A stretch of DNA of 64,000 bases, taken from Scyliorhinus canicula (taxonomy: Eukaryota). Both the position numbers and the translations under genes were made by a program. This document shows, one piece after another, positions 48,739 to 62,105 of the stretch. Under the pieces are notes generated by a model. That model did no database searches. It was not told the DNA's origin and saw only the letters and a list, made by a program, of their open reading frames with translations. Location of the stretch: contig NC_052164.1 of the NCBI RefSeq assembly GCF_902713615.1, positions 95,403,898 through 95,467,897 of the forward strand, in the 5' to 3' direction. The first letter of the stretch is position 1. Every line of letters starts with the position of its first letter.

Positions 48739-50599
48739 TTCCCTTTTGAAAAGACATGGACATGATTCCAGAGCTGTACCAGCTGTACCAGCAGCTGGGC
48801 ATGACCAACAAGGAACAGGCCCAGCGGCAGGCGGATACGCAAAAGCAGAAGTACAATCAGAGATTGTTTATCTTAAAGCTCAATTAACGCAACCTGAAAT
48901 ACTGCCAGGCACAAGAGCAGACAAGAAAGGCGCTCACAGAGCTCATTGCCTTGAAAGGCTCTTTGATGAACCAATGCATGTTCTTGGAACAACACATGCT
49001 CTGTGGCATGTCTCTCGGAGGTGTGAGGTAGCCCATCATTGATCTTCTAGTCCTGCCACTGTCAATGGATTTCCTACTGAATGCCCCCCACCACTCCCCC
49101 CGCCCTTCACCCCCCCCCCCCCCCGGTGCTGGTAAACCCTCAGTAGGTGTCCACCCTTTGGCAGGACTAGAAGATTTCGCTGGTGAGAATAGCTGGAAAA
49201 CTCCCCCCCCCCCCCTCCCCATTGATTTCAACTTTAAAGAAAGCTGTATTGGAGCTATCAGCAATGACAAAGCTATACACTGATACGCAGCGTGAGAAGA
49301 TGACGGTGGGGGGGTGGGGGGGGGGGGGGGGGGGGCAATGGTAAACAAGAAAATAAAAATTTGAAACAGCATCTAATTATCCATCAGGATCAGATAGAAA
49401 AACAGTCCATTACCTTTCAGTGACATGACAAAAAAAAAATATCCTGATGACCAGAATGCAGAGCAGCAGAACATACCCAATGTGGCACTGGTAATTGCAA
49501 GAAAACTCAAGAGAAATACTTGAGCTTTGCAACAAAAAGAAAAACTTGTTGAAGGACCATCACATGCCACATGGATGCCTCAGGTCTGAGATTTTCCTTC
49601 GGGAAGGTTAGGGAAAGGGAGAATGTAATGCTATTCTGAAAGAACTGGCAAACCAGAATTTTAAAAAGATTCATTAATCCTGGAGGAGAACCACGAGAAA
49701 GTGACTGCAAGCTGAAGGAAACAGTTGCATATTTGGAGAGAACCCATATTACATTCCCAAAGAGGATTGTGAGAAATGGAAATCAGGAACACAGATGGCA
49801 AGTAAAGGTTAAAAGTTCTCACTAAAGAACAATTGGACAATTGGAAGTTGTGCAATTACAGAGGATCTATGTAGTCTGCCGAGGAAAAACCATCAGTGAA
49901 GACGATGCAACATTGGGCAGCAAAAGATATTTTGAGCTGATGTACATCATTGTAATCAGTAATCAGCCTTTCCCTCTCGAGCATAGACGCGCCTGCATTG
50001 CTCTGAATCTTTACCAGATGGTACAGGGTGTTAAAACTACCACTGTCGAGCCAGCCAGAAAAGCCCAGTCTCGAATGCTCAGACACTAAAGAGCATTCAA
50101 ACTTGGGTTTCACCTGCAATCGCTCTTTTCCCTTTGCAGAGCAGGTTTGTCCATTATCATTCCAGGATCTGTAAAGCCCCCAATTGTCAGACCAACCTAC
50201 CACCCATGAGATTACCACAATGCCTCCAGCGGAATGATCAGCTGCCCAACAAGACGCTGCCTCCAGCTGCGACGATGGTACAGCTGGTCGACACCGTACC
50301 CACTGCGCACACTGCAACCTCCAGCCAGCATTCCACAACCCACAAGGAAGGCTGGAACCTGGTGCCAGTCCCTCACCCTCACAGTGAGAGGTAAGCATGC
50401 CACTAAATATTCTCCTGACCGCAGGAACACTCTTCCAGGCATTCCGGATTGCTCACACCGAGATAGAAGAAGCAAAGGCAACTCCAAGGACATGAATACC
50501 AAATCTGTCCACTCCTCAAGAAATGATCAAGGACAATAGCAAAAATGGATCAATGCTGCAGCCAAACCAAGGAGGCATGGTCAACATTAAAGAAGAGAA

Positions 50600-50905
50600 T
50601 GAAACTGTTCTGACCCCCTCAGGAGCCAAGAACTGCGCTCCATTCAATTTCCCCTTACAGCTAAGTATGAATTGCCCCGGTAATTGGGGGCGAGGTTTCC
50701 CCTTACAAGGGGAACTATTCTGTATAAAAACCCTGACCTGGGAGCAGGTCAGGGAGGGTGGTCCTTCGAGGCGAGGTCTAGTAGTAGTCGTTTTGTCATT
50801 TCTGCGTATACCGTAATAAACCAACCATTCAGCTCTACCCTGCCATGTGTTTCTGTTGTCTCTCCCGTACAGAAGCCACACCCAATGGCATCCATGCCAA
50901 CGTCA
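50600..50905 (+). mobile_element. Solo LTR (306 bp)
   Basis: TGA...TCA ends, TATAAAA near 50723, AATAAA 50815-50820, 4-bp TSD AGAA on both sides. Confidence 0.8.
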
Positions 50906-52180
50906 AGAAGCTGAACAAACAGAGCCTGCCACTCTTCCAATAGAACAGTGAACGAGTTGTGGAAGGGCTATAAGGCCTTTAAACCGCCTGAACCTCTAAC
51001 TTCAACGACTTGAAGGGGGTGGGGGAGGGGGATGGGTAGTCAGAATGTTGTTGACGTTAATACTGTAATAGCCATAACGTTAGAATAGCTTTAGGTTTGT
51101 AACAAATAAAGTAATTGCATAAGATTTATAACAATGTTTGACATTGAAGGTTAAGACATAGGGCAGGTGCAGTTTAACAATATATAAAGATATGTACAAG
51201 ACTGATGTGGGACTGAGTTCAGTACACCCCACACAGTGATGTCCCCTCGCAACTTTCACTGCTCCAAGGAAAACAACCCCAGCCTCTCCACTCTCTCCTC
51301 ATAACTCAGACCCTGCAGCCCAGGCCGCATCCTGGTAAATTTCCCCTGCACCCTCGCCAGTGCAATCACATCCTTCCTATAATGTGGTGCCCAGAACTGC
51401 ACACAGTACTCCAGCTGTGGCTTAACCAGCATTTAATGCTGACCGCTAACCAATTCTCAACCCATACCAATATATTACCCTCAGCCCCATACACCCTTTA
51501 CTATGTGCACATAGTTACAAATAGTTAATGAGGACTTGCTGTTAACATACAACAGACTACAAAGACTTCTTTAACAGATACATTCTGCAACCAACACCAT
51601 TACGAAAATAATATCAACTGTTTTGGCTGTCATTTCATATCAGGACCTCATTAGAAGTCCAGACAATATAAACGTCATTGATATTTTCTCAGTCAGTGCA
51701 ATACAGTAACAAAACATTCAGAGGCTGGTCGCCTGGTATTCCTAATGGAAAAACATACCTGATCCTGAAGAGTTTGTTATTTGACACCCAGCTGAAATGA
51801 ATAGGTAATAAAGCTGATTGAATGTAATTGGGCAGATTGCAACTCAGTTTCTGGGAATAAAGGTTTGACTCAGAATAAGTAGAAAGTCAACTAAGCGGGT
51901 GTCTCTCCGAATGTGGGTGACCTGTTTAATGGCAGCTGCTTTTTGAGGGAACGGAGAAGATAGCAGGAACAAAGCAACATGACCTGGAGAGAAAACAACA
52001 CGGGCAAGATGGTGGTCCTACTTCATTGCTTATTGTTCGGCAGCCCACAAGGTACAGGGGCAATCTTTTAAAATGAAGGATCATTTGTTGCAATATGTGA
52101 CTGTACACATGTTTTAAAAAGACTGAAATGCAATTATTCTCGCTGTTAATATTCACTATTTCCAATCCAGGCAGATTCTT

Positions 52181-52406
52181 TTTTTTTTAAATTTAGAGTA
52201 CCCAATTCATTTTTTTGTTTTCAGGGAAATTTAGCGTGGCCAATCCACCTAGCTTGCACATCTTTTGGGTTGTGGGGGCGGAACCCACACAAACACGGGG
52301 AGAATGTACAAACTCCACATGGACAGTGACCCAGAGCCGGGATCGAACCTGGGGCCTCGGTGCCGTGAGGCAGCAGTGCTAACCCACTGCGCCACCGTGC
52401 TGCCCT
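52181..52406 (-). mobile_element. Poly(A)-tailed SINE with a 15-bp TSD
   Basis: TCCAGGCAGATTCTT at 52166-52180 and TCCAGTCAGATTCTT at 52407-52421. Confidence 0.88.
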
Positions 52407-53957
52407 TCCAGTCAGATTCTTAATTAGATATTGAAAGTCAAGTTTCCTGCACTACAATGAAATGCTTCTGTCAAGACGTAAGTGTTTAAGTGCTGTAAAG
52501 CACTTTGGGGTCGGTTGAAGTTGTGAAAGGTTCTATACAAATGCAGCCGCTCCCTTTTTAACTCTTTAGTTGCCTCAACAATATTTGAGTAGTAATCTTT
52601 ACCCACAAAATAAAAACTGACAACACAGAAACAGAATAATCTTTGACAGTAAAGGGTTTGGGGACATTCTTGGATTATGGTTCTCCGTCCATGCACGTTC
52701 TGAACAAACATGACATCGCGATCTTCATCCCGGATGTGTGATATTTTCAGAGAGAAAAGAACTGGACAGTTACGGGGAGAAAGCAGGGGAGCAGGACGAG
52801 GTGAGTGCTTTCGCAGAGAGTCAGCATGATTAAATATTATCCTTCTGTGCTGTAGGCATTCTATGATTCAGCCCTGATAAGTGTCTATTATTTGGTTATT
52901 CAGCAAAACTGTAGGAGTTGTATTTTTCTGAGAATGTGCTGGTTTGTGATAACAATTAAGTCAGCCAAATGTGACACACCTACACTGATCATATAATGCA
53001 TAATTAGATAATCAAGTTCTGAATTTATGTAAGCTAATTGACCGAGTGACGAAGTTTGTGTACACGACAGAAGATTGATGCTTAATCAGTCCCTTCGACT
53101 TCCGGCAACCTCAGCATTGGAGAGCACCATAATGTAAGGATCCAAAGAGACTGATAACTTTAAAAGGAAGTTCAGACTTCGGTGAATAGCTGAAAGAATG
53201 ACATTGCAGGGTTTCAAGTATTCAGACTGTAACAAACAAACTAAAAGCACCATGACTATACATTATTATTGCAGGGAACTCATACTTTAAACTACAGAAC
53301 AGAATTTTCCCTTTGTCTTTGTACCCAACCAAAAGTCCCACTCCATGGTTATATATTTCGCATTGTCCCTGAATTTGACATGCTCCCGGAACAGGCCCAA
53401 GCTGATTCTGACCTCCCAACGGTTTCTTTTCATTCTTTTCACCTAGAACAGCTAGCCGTTCATGGTGAAGGTTTTTCCCACAAGGTTCTCCCTCCAGCTC
53501 AAGCTAGGTGAATCCTCCAACCCAGTTTCAAATCATCGCAAATTTGGTCTTTTCAATCTGAGTGTCAGCATCCACCTTCATTCCTGTGTGATGGACCATA
53601 GAGACTTTCAGTCATGTGTTGTCTTCTCGCTCTGGATCCCAGCAGATTGCCGGTTTCTGTGCGTTTTTGGGGATATCTTCGAAAACCTTCCCCTCTCTAA
53701 GCCCTCTCCATGGCAATGTGAATCACATTGGCCTTGTATCCAGGCAGAAATGCTGATTACCTGTTCTTTTGACCCCAACTTTGGACCCAACTCTATTCTA
53801 TCATGGAAGTAAATAGACAGCTTAAAAGTAAGCTGTTTGCAATCCAACATTCTGAATACCTTCCTCGGACTTTCGAAACTAACAATCTTTTTTATTCAGC
53901 CAGGCTTTTATTTTCACAAAGTTCCAACATTCAATACAATTTAGAAGAAAGTATAGG

Positions 53958-54564
53958 GGGCAGGATTCTCCGACCCCGCAGTGGGTCAGAGAATCAGTGG
54001 GGGGGGGGGGCGCTAATCACGCGACGCTGCTCCGACACCGGTCTGCCGATTCTCCAGCAACCGGAGATTCTCCCCGTGCGATGGGTCGAGTTCAGCTGAG
54101 TCCTGCCGGCATAGTTCTCGTGTGGTCCTACCCGGTGGGACCTCAGCGTTCATGCTGCGGGGGGCGGCCTGGTGGGGGGAGGGGGATCCGACTCCGGGGG
54201 GGGGGGGGACCTCCACGGTGGCCTGGCCCGCAATCGGGGCTTACCGATTGGTGGGCGGGCTTATCCATATGGGGGCCTATGTGCCTCCACACCAGGCCCC
54301 TGTAAGCCTCTGCCACGTTGCGTCGGGGCCGGTGCAGAGACGGAAACCCGATCTCGCGCCGGCTGTGGCGCGCATGCGCGGACCTGCACCACCCGTGCTG
54401 ACGCCCGTATCGGCAGCCAGAGCAGCGTGAGGCTCTCCAGTGCCGTGCTGGCCCCCCGTACGGTGCAGGATTGCTGCTCCTAGTGGCCAGATGACGCCAT
54501 CGTAAAACGCTCCAGCGTTTACGATGACGTCAACACTTAGCCCCAGGATCGGAGAATCCCGCCC
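53958..54564. mobile_element. PIF/Harbinger-like MITE (607 bp)
   Basis: TIRs GGGCAGGATTCTCCGA...TCGGAGAATCCCGCCC; 3-bp TSD AGG, defined by the RPL18A codons it interrupts. Confidence 0.85.
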
Positions 54565-54974
54565 AGGGTCTCTTGGTGGTGAAACGGGGTGTCTGCTGTT
54601 GATCTGTGCGGCAGAGGGAAGTTGATCTTTGAATTGTGGAACTGCTTAAGAGCAGTCTGGCGACACTTGCTCAATGAATTTCCAAGACTTTCAGGATCTG
54701 AATTTAGTGAACATGAGCACTATGGTGTTCTACCATATCATGGGTAGCACTGGGTGACAGCACCAGCAGTGGTCAGATCCCTGTTCTCCCTGGATTATGG
54801 GTTCCACGGTGAGAATCGCAGCACAGCCACATACCAAAGTTCTTTACTTCTGTGGGTAACTTTTCAAAAACCAGTCCAGAATAGACAATTTCACCTGTGG
54901 ATTTCTTCAGTTTCTTCATTACTGAAACAAAGTACCAGAACCAAGAGTTGGCAATAATAAGATTTGGAGCAAAG

Positions 54975-56749
54975 TGGCGATTGAGCCCCTGGCCATGGCA
55001 TTGAGGGTCAGGGAACTGGAGGGGCCTGGTACGGGGCGGGGAGGAGCATCGAGTGTCGCTGTATGCGGACGACCTGTTGCTGTATGTGGCGGACCCGGTG
55101 GGAGGGATGCCGGAGGTGATGAGGATTCTTAGTGAATTTGGGGGTTTCTCGGGGTATAAGTTGAACCTGGGCAAGAGTGAGTTGTTTGTGGTGCATCTGG
55201 GGGATCAAGAGGAGGGGATTGGTAGACTCCCACTGAAGCAGGCAGGCAAGAGCTTCAGGTACCTAGGGGTCCAGGTGGCTGGGAGCTGGGGGGCCCTGCA
55301 CAAGCTCAACCTCACAAGGTTGGTGGAGCAGATGGAGGAGGCGTTTAAGAGGTGGGATATGTTACCGCTGGCGGGGAGGGTGCAGTCCGTTAAGATGACG
55401 GTGCTCCCGAGGTTTTTGTTCCTATCCACTGCCTCCCCATCCTTATCCCGAAGGCTTTTTTTAGGAGGGTCAACAGGAGTATCACGGGATTTGTGTGGGC
55501 GCATGGGACTCCGAGGGTGAGAAGAGTGCTCCTGGAACGAGGCAGGGATAGGGGGGGCTGGCGTTGCCCAACCTCTGTGGGTACTATTGGGCTGCCAACG
55601 CAGCGATGGTGCGTAAGTGGGTAATGGATGAGGAAGGGGCAGCATGGAAGAGGATGGAGGCGGCGTCATGTATGGCACGAGCCTGGAGGCGCTGGTAACG
55701 GCGCCGGCGCCGCTCCCTCCAACGAGGTATACCACGAGCCCGGTGGTGGCAGCTACCCTCAAATTTGGAGGCAATGGAGACGGCATAGGGGATAAGTGGG
55801 GGGCTCGATGGAGGCCCCGATACGGCGGAACCATCGGTTTGTCCCAGGGAGCATTGATGGCGAATTCCTGGCTGGCACAGGGCAGGGCTTAGGAGGTTGA
55901 GGGACCTGTTTGTGGAGGGGAGGTTAGCGAGCTTGGGGGAGTTAGAGGGGAAGTGTGGGCTCCCCCCGGGGAACATGTTTAAGTACATGCAGGTGAGGGC
56001 GTTTGCCAGGCAGCAGGTGGAGGGGTTCCCCTTGCTGCCCCCACAAGGGGTGCGGGATCGGTTGCTCTCGGGGGTGTGGGTTGGAGGAGGGAGGATTTTG
56101 GACATATACCGGGTGATGCAGGAGGTTGACGAGGCCTCGGTGCAGGAACTGAAGGGTAAATGGGAAGAGGAGCTGGGTGAGGAGATTGAGGAGGGGATGT
56201 GGGCGGATGCCCTGGAGAGAGTGAATTCCTCCTCTTCCTGTGCGAGGCTTAGCCTCATACAGTTCAAGGTGCTGCATAGGGCACACATGACTGGGACGAG
56301 GATGAGTAGGTTTTTCGGGGGCGAGGACAGGTGTGCTAGGTGCTCGGGGAGCCCAGCGAACCACGGCCATAGGTTTTGGGCGTGCCCAGCGCTGGGGGAG
56401 TTTTGGAAGGGGGTAGCAAGGATGGTGTCGAGGGTGGTGGGATCCAGGGTCGAGCCAGGCTGGGGACTCGCAATTTTTGGGGTTGCAGTGGAGCCGGGAG
56501 TGCAGGAGGCGAAAGAGGCCGGTGTTCTGGCCTTTGCGTCCCTAGTAGCCCGGCGGAGGATTCTTCTTCAGTGGAAGGATGCAAGGCCCCCAAGCGTGGA
56601 GGCCTGGATCAATGATATGGCGGGGTTCATTAAATTAGAGAAGGTGAAATTTGCCCTGAGGGGGATCAGTATAAGGGTTCTTTAGGCGGTGGCAGCCTTT
56701 CCTGGACTTCCTGGCGGAACGGTAGGAAAATAGGCCGGCAGCAGAAGCA

Positions 56750-56788
<39 letters not shown>

Positions 56789-57005
56789 TGGATCGGGGGG
56801 GGGGAGAGCTGTGTACATGGGTTTGTGGGATGTGGCGGGTGTTATCTCTTTCCCTTTTGTTGTTGGGTGTTTTTTTTTCTTTTGTTTGTAGTTGCTTTTG
56901 AAGTTGGGTGGGTATTGTTCTTGGGGTATTACCGCGGTTGTTTTGTTAATAGAGTTGAGTTGTTTATATTTTGTAAAAATTTCAATAAAAATTATTTAAA
57001 AAAAA
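54975..57005 (+). mobile_element. 5'-truncated L1-clade LINE (RT YADD motif to 3' end)
   Basis: [30 protein letters not shown]; C-terminal zinc-knuckle region; AATAAA and A-tail; 16-bp TSD AAGATTTGGAGCAAAG at 54959-54974 and 57006-57021. Confidence 0.95.
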
Positions 57006-57204
57006 AAGATTTGGAGCAAAGATGCGCATCCGATACAGCGCGGGGCTGGGCTCTTTAGTTCAGGGCTGGCGCCGCCCAATCACCTTGTACTCCTTAAGGA
57101 TGCCCAAAGTCTTCACGTCACCTCAGATTCACCTGCTAGAAACTAAAAATCTAACCACTATAAACACCGCTGCTGTTGCTTTGTCCCCAAATGTGAAAAT
57201 CTTG

Positions 57205-57877
57205 CATGAAAGCAGAATACTGCAGATGCTGCAAATCTGAAATGAAAACGGAAAATGCTGGAAAATCCCAGTTAATGCTTTGAGTTCCTGTGACTCTACA
57301 GAGCTATGGATGAGGTGAAATGTGATGGGTTTTACACTGTTTATGAGCGGGTAGAGGAAGTGGCACAAACAGCACGCCAGGTGTAGGTGGCAGCTAAGGA
57401 GTAACTTTGCAAATATTTCATGGAACACAAGACAAAGGTGTTAATGGTAGTGGTAAAAGATTAAAGAAGGTGTTGACATAAGGGTAAGATAGCGTCCATA
57501 GCAGAACAAGAGTCAGTGCTCAGCCATGGTTATGCTTGTGGGCTGAGTAAAGATGTTCTGCAAAGGGGTCACCCATTCTGCACTTAGTCTCCCCGTTATA
57601 GAAGAGATTGCATTGGGAGCAGCGAATACAGTCGACCAATGTGAAGGAGGTCCAAGTGAAATGCTAATTCACCTGAAAAGAGTGTTTAGGGCCTTGGGAG
57701 GTGAGAAGGGAGGCGGTAAAGGGGCAGGTGTTGCACCTTCTGCGATTGCATGGGAAGGTGTGTGAAAAGGTGACAAGGAATTAGGCGTGATGGAGGAGTG
57801 GTCCAGAGTGTTATGGAGGGTATGTCCCTACGGAATGCTGACAAGGGAGGTGACGGAAGATGTGTTTGGTGATGGTG
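57205..57877 (-). mobile_element. Degenerate Penelope-like element, host site of the ERV
   Basis: Terminus and GIY-YIG-region similarity to the 6.4 and 8.6 kb copies. Confidence 0.7.
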
Positions 57878-58696
57878 TGAATGCGTCTCTAATTCACTTA
57901 TCTATCAGTCCGGAAGAAACAGTCTCGAACACGCTCGTACTCAGAATATTCTTTATTGGGCAGCCCTCTAGGTATTCCAAAGAAACACCTGTGGGAGAGT
58001 GCCAAAGTTTTGCCCAAAGCATCCTATCTTTATATGGTTTTTTAAGGGGCTGTCCCTTACATTCACTTGAGCTTACCTCCAGTACAGATTACAGCCTGTT
58101 TTTACCAAATGTTTATAATCATAGAATCATAGAATTTACAGTGCAGAAGGAGGCCATTCAGCCCATCGAGTCTGCACCGGCTCTTGGAAAGAGCACCCTA
58201 CCCAAGGTCAACAACTCCACCCTATCCCCATAACCCAGTAACCCCACCCAACACTAAGGGCAATTTTGGACACTAAGGGCAATTTATCATGGCCAATTCA
58301 CCTAACCTGCACATCTTTGGACTGTGGGAGGAAACCGGAGCACCCGGAGGAAACCCACGCACACACGAGGAGGATGTGCAGACTCCGTTTAGTACATGAT
58401 TAATTTGTTATTGTCATATTTTCAATACATAATTTTACAGACATTGAGGTTATCTATTGGCACAGGAGCGTATAGCAATTTTAGCAAAACACCAGGTGTC
58501 CAGCCATGATTTATCAATGGCTCTTACATTTCATATTCCATCATCCAGCCATCTTCCTTGTTTCTCAAGGCTATTTGGCTTACAGTCATGAATCGGCTCA
58601 CGAATTCAATAATAACTCCCTCCTCAGTAACTTTCCACTAATGTGTCCCATTAAGTTTGGATTGTTCTAGCTATTAACCCTTGCTTCACATTCTCA
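57878..58696 (-). mobile_element. ERV 3' LTR with an HE1 SINE inserted at about 58117-58388
   Basis: Minus strand: purine-rich PPT, then TGAGAA...TTCA; TATA near 58032; AATAAA near 57955. Confidence 0.75.
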
Positions 58697-58731
58697 TTCC
58701 CCCCTGTGATCATTCCATGATCACACAGCCC

Positions 58732-60362
58732 TCAGGGACTTATCCTTGAGAGTCTGAAGAATTCCTCCGGGAAATCATCCTTTGGTCCAATGTCCTCATA
58801 CACATTTCCGGCATCTACTAAATCGTGCTTGTCTAACTGGGAAAGCCGCTGCAGCATCTGTGGCATCACAGAGGCGCCTAAATGATTACAAAAGCATTTA
58901 ACACAGGTTATAATGATACATAGCAAAAGGCAAATAGCGATAAAGATAATAAATCCATGAAACAGATAGGTGGTCCAGGAACTAGACCACAGTCCTCCCC
59001 ACCAGTCGTCCGAGGAGAACTGGCGGAGTCTCTTTACCCCATCCCTAATGTGGTCCACTAGGTGAGTAATGTTCTCCGAGCTATCAGGGATATAAGTACA
59101 GCATTCAGAACCCACTACAGCACATGCACCTCCCTCGCTGGCGAAGAGGTAGTCTCGAGCCATGCGGTTCTGTAAGGCAACCGTCCAAACAGCTACTAAC
59201 TCTGCGCTGAGCTCACTGAGTCCTTCCGCGGTATCATTAGCCACCTGCTCCAATATATTCCGGAACTTTAATACTGCCGAACTGTGGCCAAAGGACAGTA
59301 GCTATCACCTCCCAAGGTACAAGGGACCTAGTGGTTCGGGCATGGGGATGTTTGGCTAGATCTGTATAATGGGTGATGCCAGGGACTACAAAGCCCATAT
59401 AGCAAGAACCTGACCAATTTTCCAGCAACCAGGGATATGCTTTATGTCCGCATATAAAAGAGGTATCATTGTATGAGGTCAAGTTCCCCTTGGCGTCCGT
59501 CATCATGATTCTAGTCAGATCCCCCCTCCAGGGGCCGCCACTTGTATGGTTTTCTGTTGCTGACCAATTAAAGGTGAACAAGCCTTTTTGTGTAAGATTA
59601 GTTATGGGCGGTTGCCAAATCAAGGCTGGTACCTACCGGGTGGGTCCCATTGGCATGATCCTTTTTAAAACATATACTACCTTTTGGAAATTTAGCATAC
59701 TTGGGAAGGATCAGGTAGGGCGGCTGACGGGTTACAGTAAATTTTGGCCACCACCATCCTTTAAATCTGCTCATATTGAACCCGGCCGATCGCCAATCTA
59801 TCATATCTTGTGTATCATTATCAGGGTCGGTACGATTACATCGCAGAGCCCATTCTGCGACCTCCTCGATCAAATAGGAAAGAGGGACCAAAGGAATACC
59901 CCCATGGGCATGGCTGGGAACATGCGTACATACCCAACAAGAGGAGACATTCAATTTCTTTGCATAAGTATAAGACATAAAAGGAATGAATTCACAGTCA
60001 CATGGTGTGTTGCCCGCTTCCTCCTGGTAGGCGGGTGAGTATGAATAGTCTTATACTCAGGAACTCGTGGCTTGCCTTTCCCTCGTACACCGATAGTCCC
60101 ACCGGCAAGCGTAGCGATCGCAGGTCAGGGATCCGCGGGTAGTCAGGAACCGAGGCTTCTGCTCGTCTTGATGAATAATGGTGGTACAAGTATCCACCGG
60201 AGTTGCCGTCCATAAGATCTCATCTGTGGTGCTGTTGGCACAGCTAAAGGTGTCCTCACGACAAAGGTGCAGAATTCGTCTGCCGGGTCTACATCGCCGG
60301 TCGCTAGTAAATGTAAACTGGATGGCGCTGGCGAGGATCACTAGTAAAAAGAGCAGCTTCAT
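58732..60362 (-). pseudogene. env: ERV gamma-type envelope (frameshifted)
   Basis: Signal peptide MKLLFLLVILAS; SU CWVC motif; RTTR cleavage site; immunosuppressive domain LQNRMARDYL; CX6CC (CAVVGSECC); hydrophobic TM. Confidence 0.92.
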
Positions 60363-60419
60363 CGTGGGGTCCTGCTCCTATTCCGAGTAAGGTCGTATGT
60401 ACCTAAACTTAAAACGAGA

Positions 60420-62105
60420 GTTAATAATCACGAAAACTTCACTAGCTTACAGTGGTGGGTGTGAATCCACGCATTGCATCCTTTAACTTTGACTGCCGTG
60501 GGGGTGGTTAGGAGAACTTGGAACGGTCCTTCCCAACGTGGTTCCAACCCCTTCCGTGTTCAATTGCAGATCATCACATGATCTCCTGGTTGTACAATAT
60601 CAGAGCTAGTTAAAGGTGGCACTTCCTCTTGTGCGGCATGTACTCCTAAGTGGAGACTCTTTAATACTTTAGTCAAGGCTAGTATGTAATTAGCCATTTC
60701 TGTAGTCATGTGGTGGAACTGAATGTCTCGGGATGTATGACAGTCCCAGGGGGTGCGAAGGGGTCTTCCGTACAAGATTTCAGCGGGGCACAATCAAGTC
60801 TTTTCTGCTGGGGTGGCTCTTATTTGAAAGAGTGCAATAGGTAATAGTTTCAGCCAAGTGGCTCCAGTCTCTGCTTGTAATTTAAAAAGCTTAGTCTTTA
60901 AAGTTTGGTTAGCTCTTTCCACTATCTCAGCTGCTTGGGGCTGGTAGGCGTAGTGTAACTGCTGTTTAATTCCTAGTTGAGTGCAGAATTCTTTATTAAT
61001 CTGTCCCAGAAAGTGAGGTCCATTATCAGAGCTTAAACGATAGGGAATTCCAAATCTTGGTACAATTTCATGCATAAGAACTTTTACTACAGTTGAAGCC
61101 TTATTATCTACAGTAGGATAGGCCTCTATCCATTTTCTAAACACATCAACAATCACTAATACATGCTTATAACACTGGCATCTTTCCAACTCAATGTAGT
61201 CCAGTTGCAGGGTCTCAAAGGGACCCTCGGGCAATGGTGTTTTTCCCTGCTCACAGGGCACTGCCTTACCAGGGTTATACTGCTGGCATATCAAGCAGTG
61301 ACTGCTAATTCGTTGGGCTATCTCCTGCAGTCTGGGATGCCACCAGGTTTTTAACAATATATCACCTGTAGCGCGAGCACCACCGTGAGTTGCAAAGTGT
61401 ACTCAATAGGTCACCCAGGCTGCCAAAGCAACGGGTATACATGTCTGCCCTGCTGGGGTGACCCACAGCTTATATTCTTTATCATTTGTACATCCCAATT
61501 CTTCCCATAACTTTTTATCGCTAGCAGGAACGTCCTCCTGTAGCTGGATTACATCAGTAATGGTCGGCATAGGTTTTTCAGAGGGAGACTTGTCTTTTGA
61601 GCTTTTAGTCTGGCTCATCATTTTGGGCACTACCATGGCTTTTGAATGGGAGGCTTCTTTTGCTTGGTGGTCTGCCTGCCTATTTCCTTCATCTACTGGA
61701 GTTTTTTCTTTCGTATGGGCAGTACACTTTATCACTGCTACCTTTTCTGGGAGCAAAAGAGCTTGGAGTAATTGGGTTACTAGCTGCTGATGGGAAATTG
61801 GGGTGCCAGCGGATGTTAAGAATCCTTTGATCTTCCATAATTGACCAAAATCATGTACGATTCCAAAGGCATACCTGGAGTCTGTATAAATATTTACTTT
61901 TTGCCTGCTCCTAGTGCGCATGCGCGTATTAGTGCGAACAATTCTGCTTGTTGTGCAGAAAACGGTGTTTTGAATGCTGCTGATTCTACTGTCTCCCCAC
62001 CCTGATTGATTATAGCATATCCTGATAACTGCTCCCCCCTTTCACCGATGGAAGCACTTCCATCTGTGAACATGGTTAGGTCTGGGTCGTTAAGAGGGTG
62101 AAAAT
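60420..62105 (-). pseudogene. pol: ERV pol 3' half: RNase H and integrase (gamma/epsilon-like)
   Basis: FTDGS..SAQQAEL; NIYTDSRYAFG; LQLDYI..SSDNGPHF..VERANQTLK; [19 protein letters not shown]. Confidence 0.92.

Larger units (their letters stand above)
53941..57116 (-). pseudogene. RPL18A: Processed pseudogene of 60S ribosomal protein L18a, split by an L1 and a MITE
   Basis: Removing both inserts gives an intronless (V)[99 protein letters not shown], with stops, frameshifts and a lost ATG. Confidence 0.93.

Noticed and set aside
48745-50599. Degenerate LTR-retrotransposon internal region
   Set aside because: Only faint gag/pol-like hints; no motif I can state with confidence.
56753-56786. 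Long poly-G/poly-C runs as functional G-quadruplexes
   Set aside because: They lie mostly in LINE 3' UTRs and MITEs, and their lengths are unreliable in this assembly.
8086-58388. tRNA genes
   Set aside because: All A/B-box matches are SINE heads followed by SINE bodies; none forms a complete cloverleaf.
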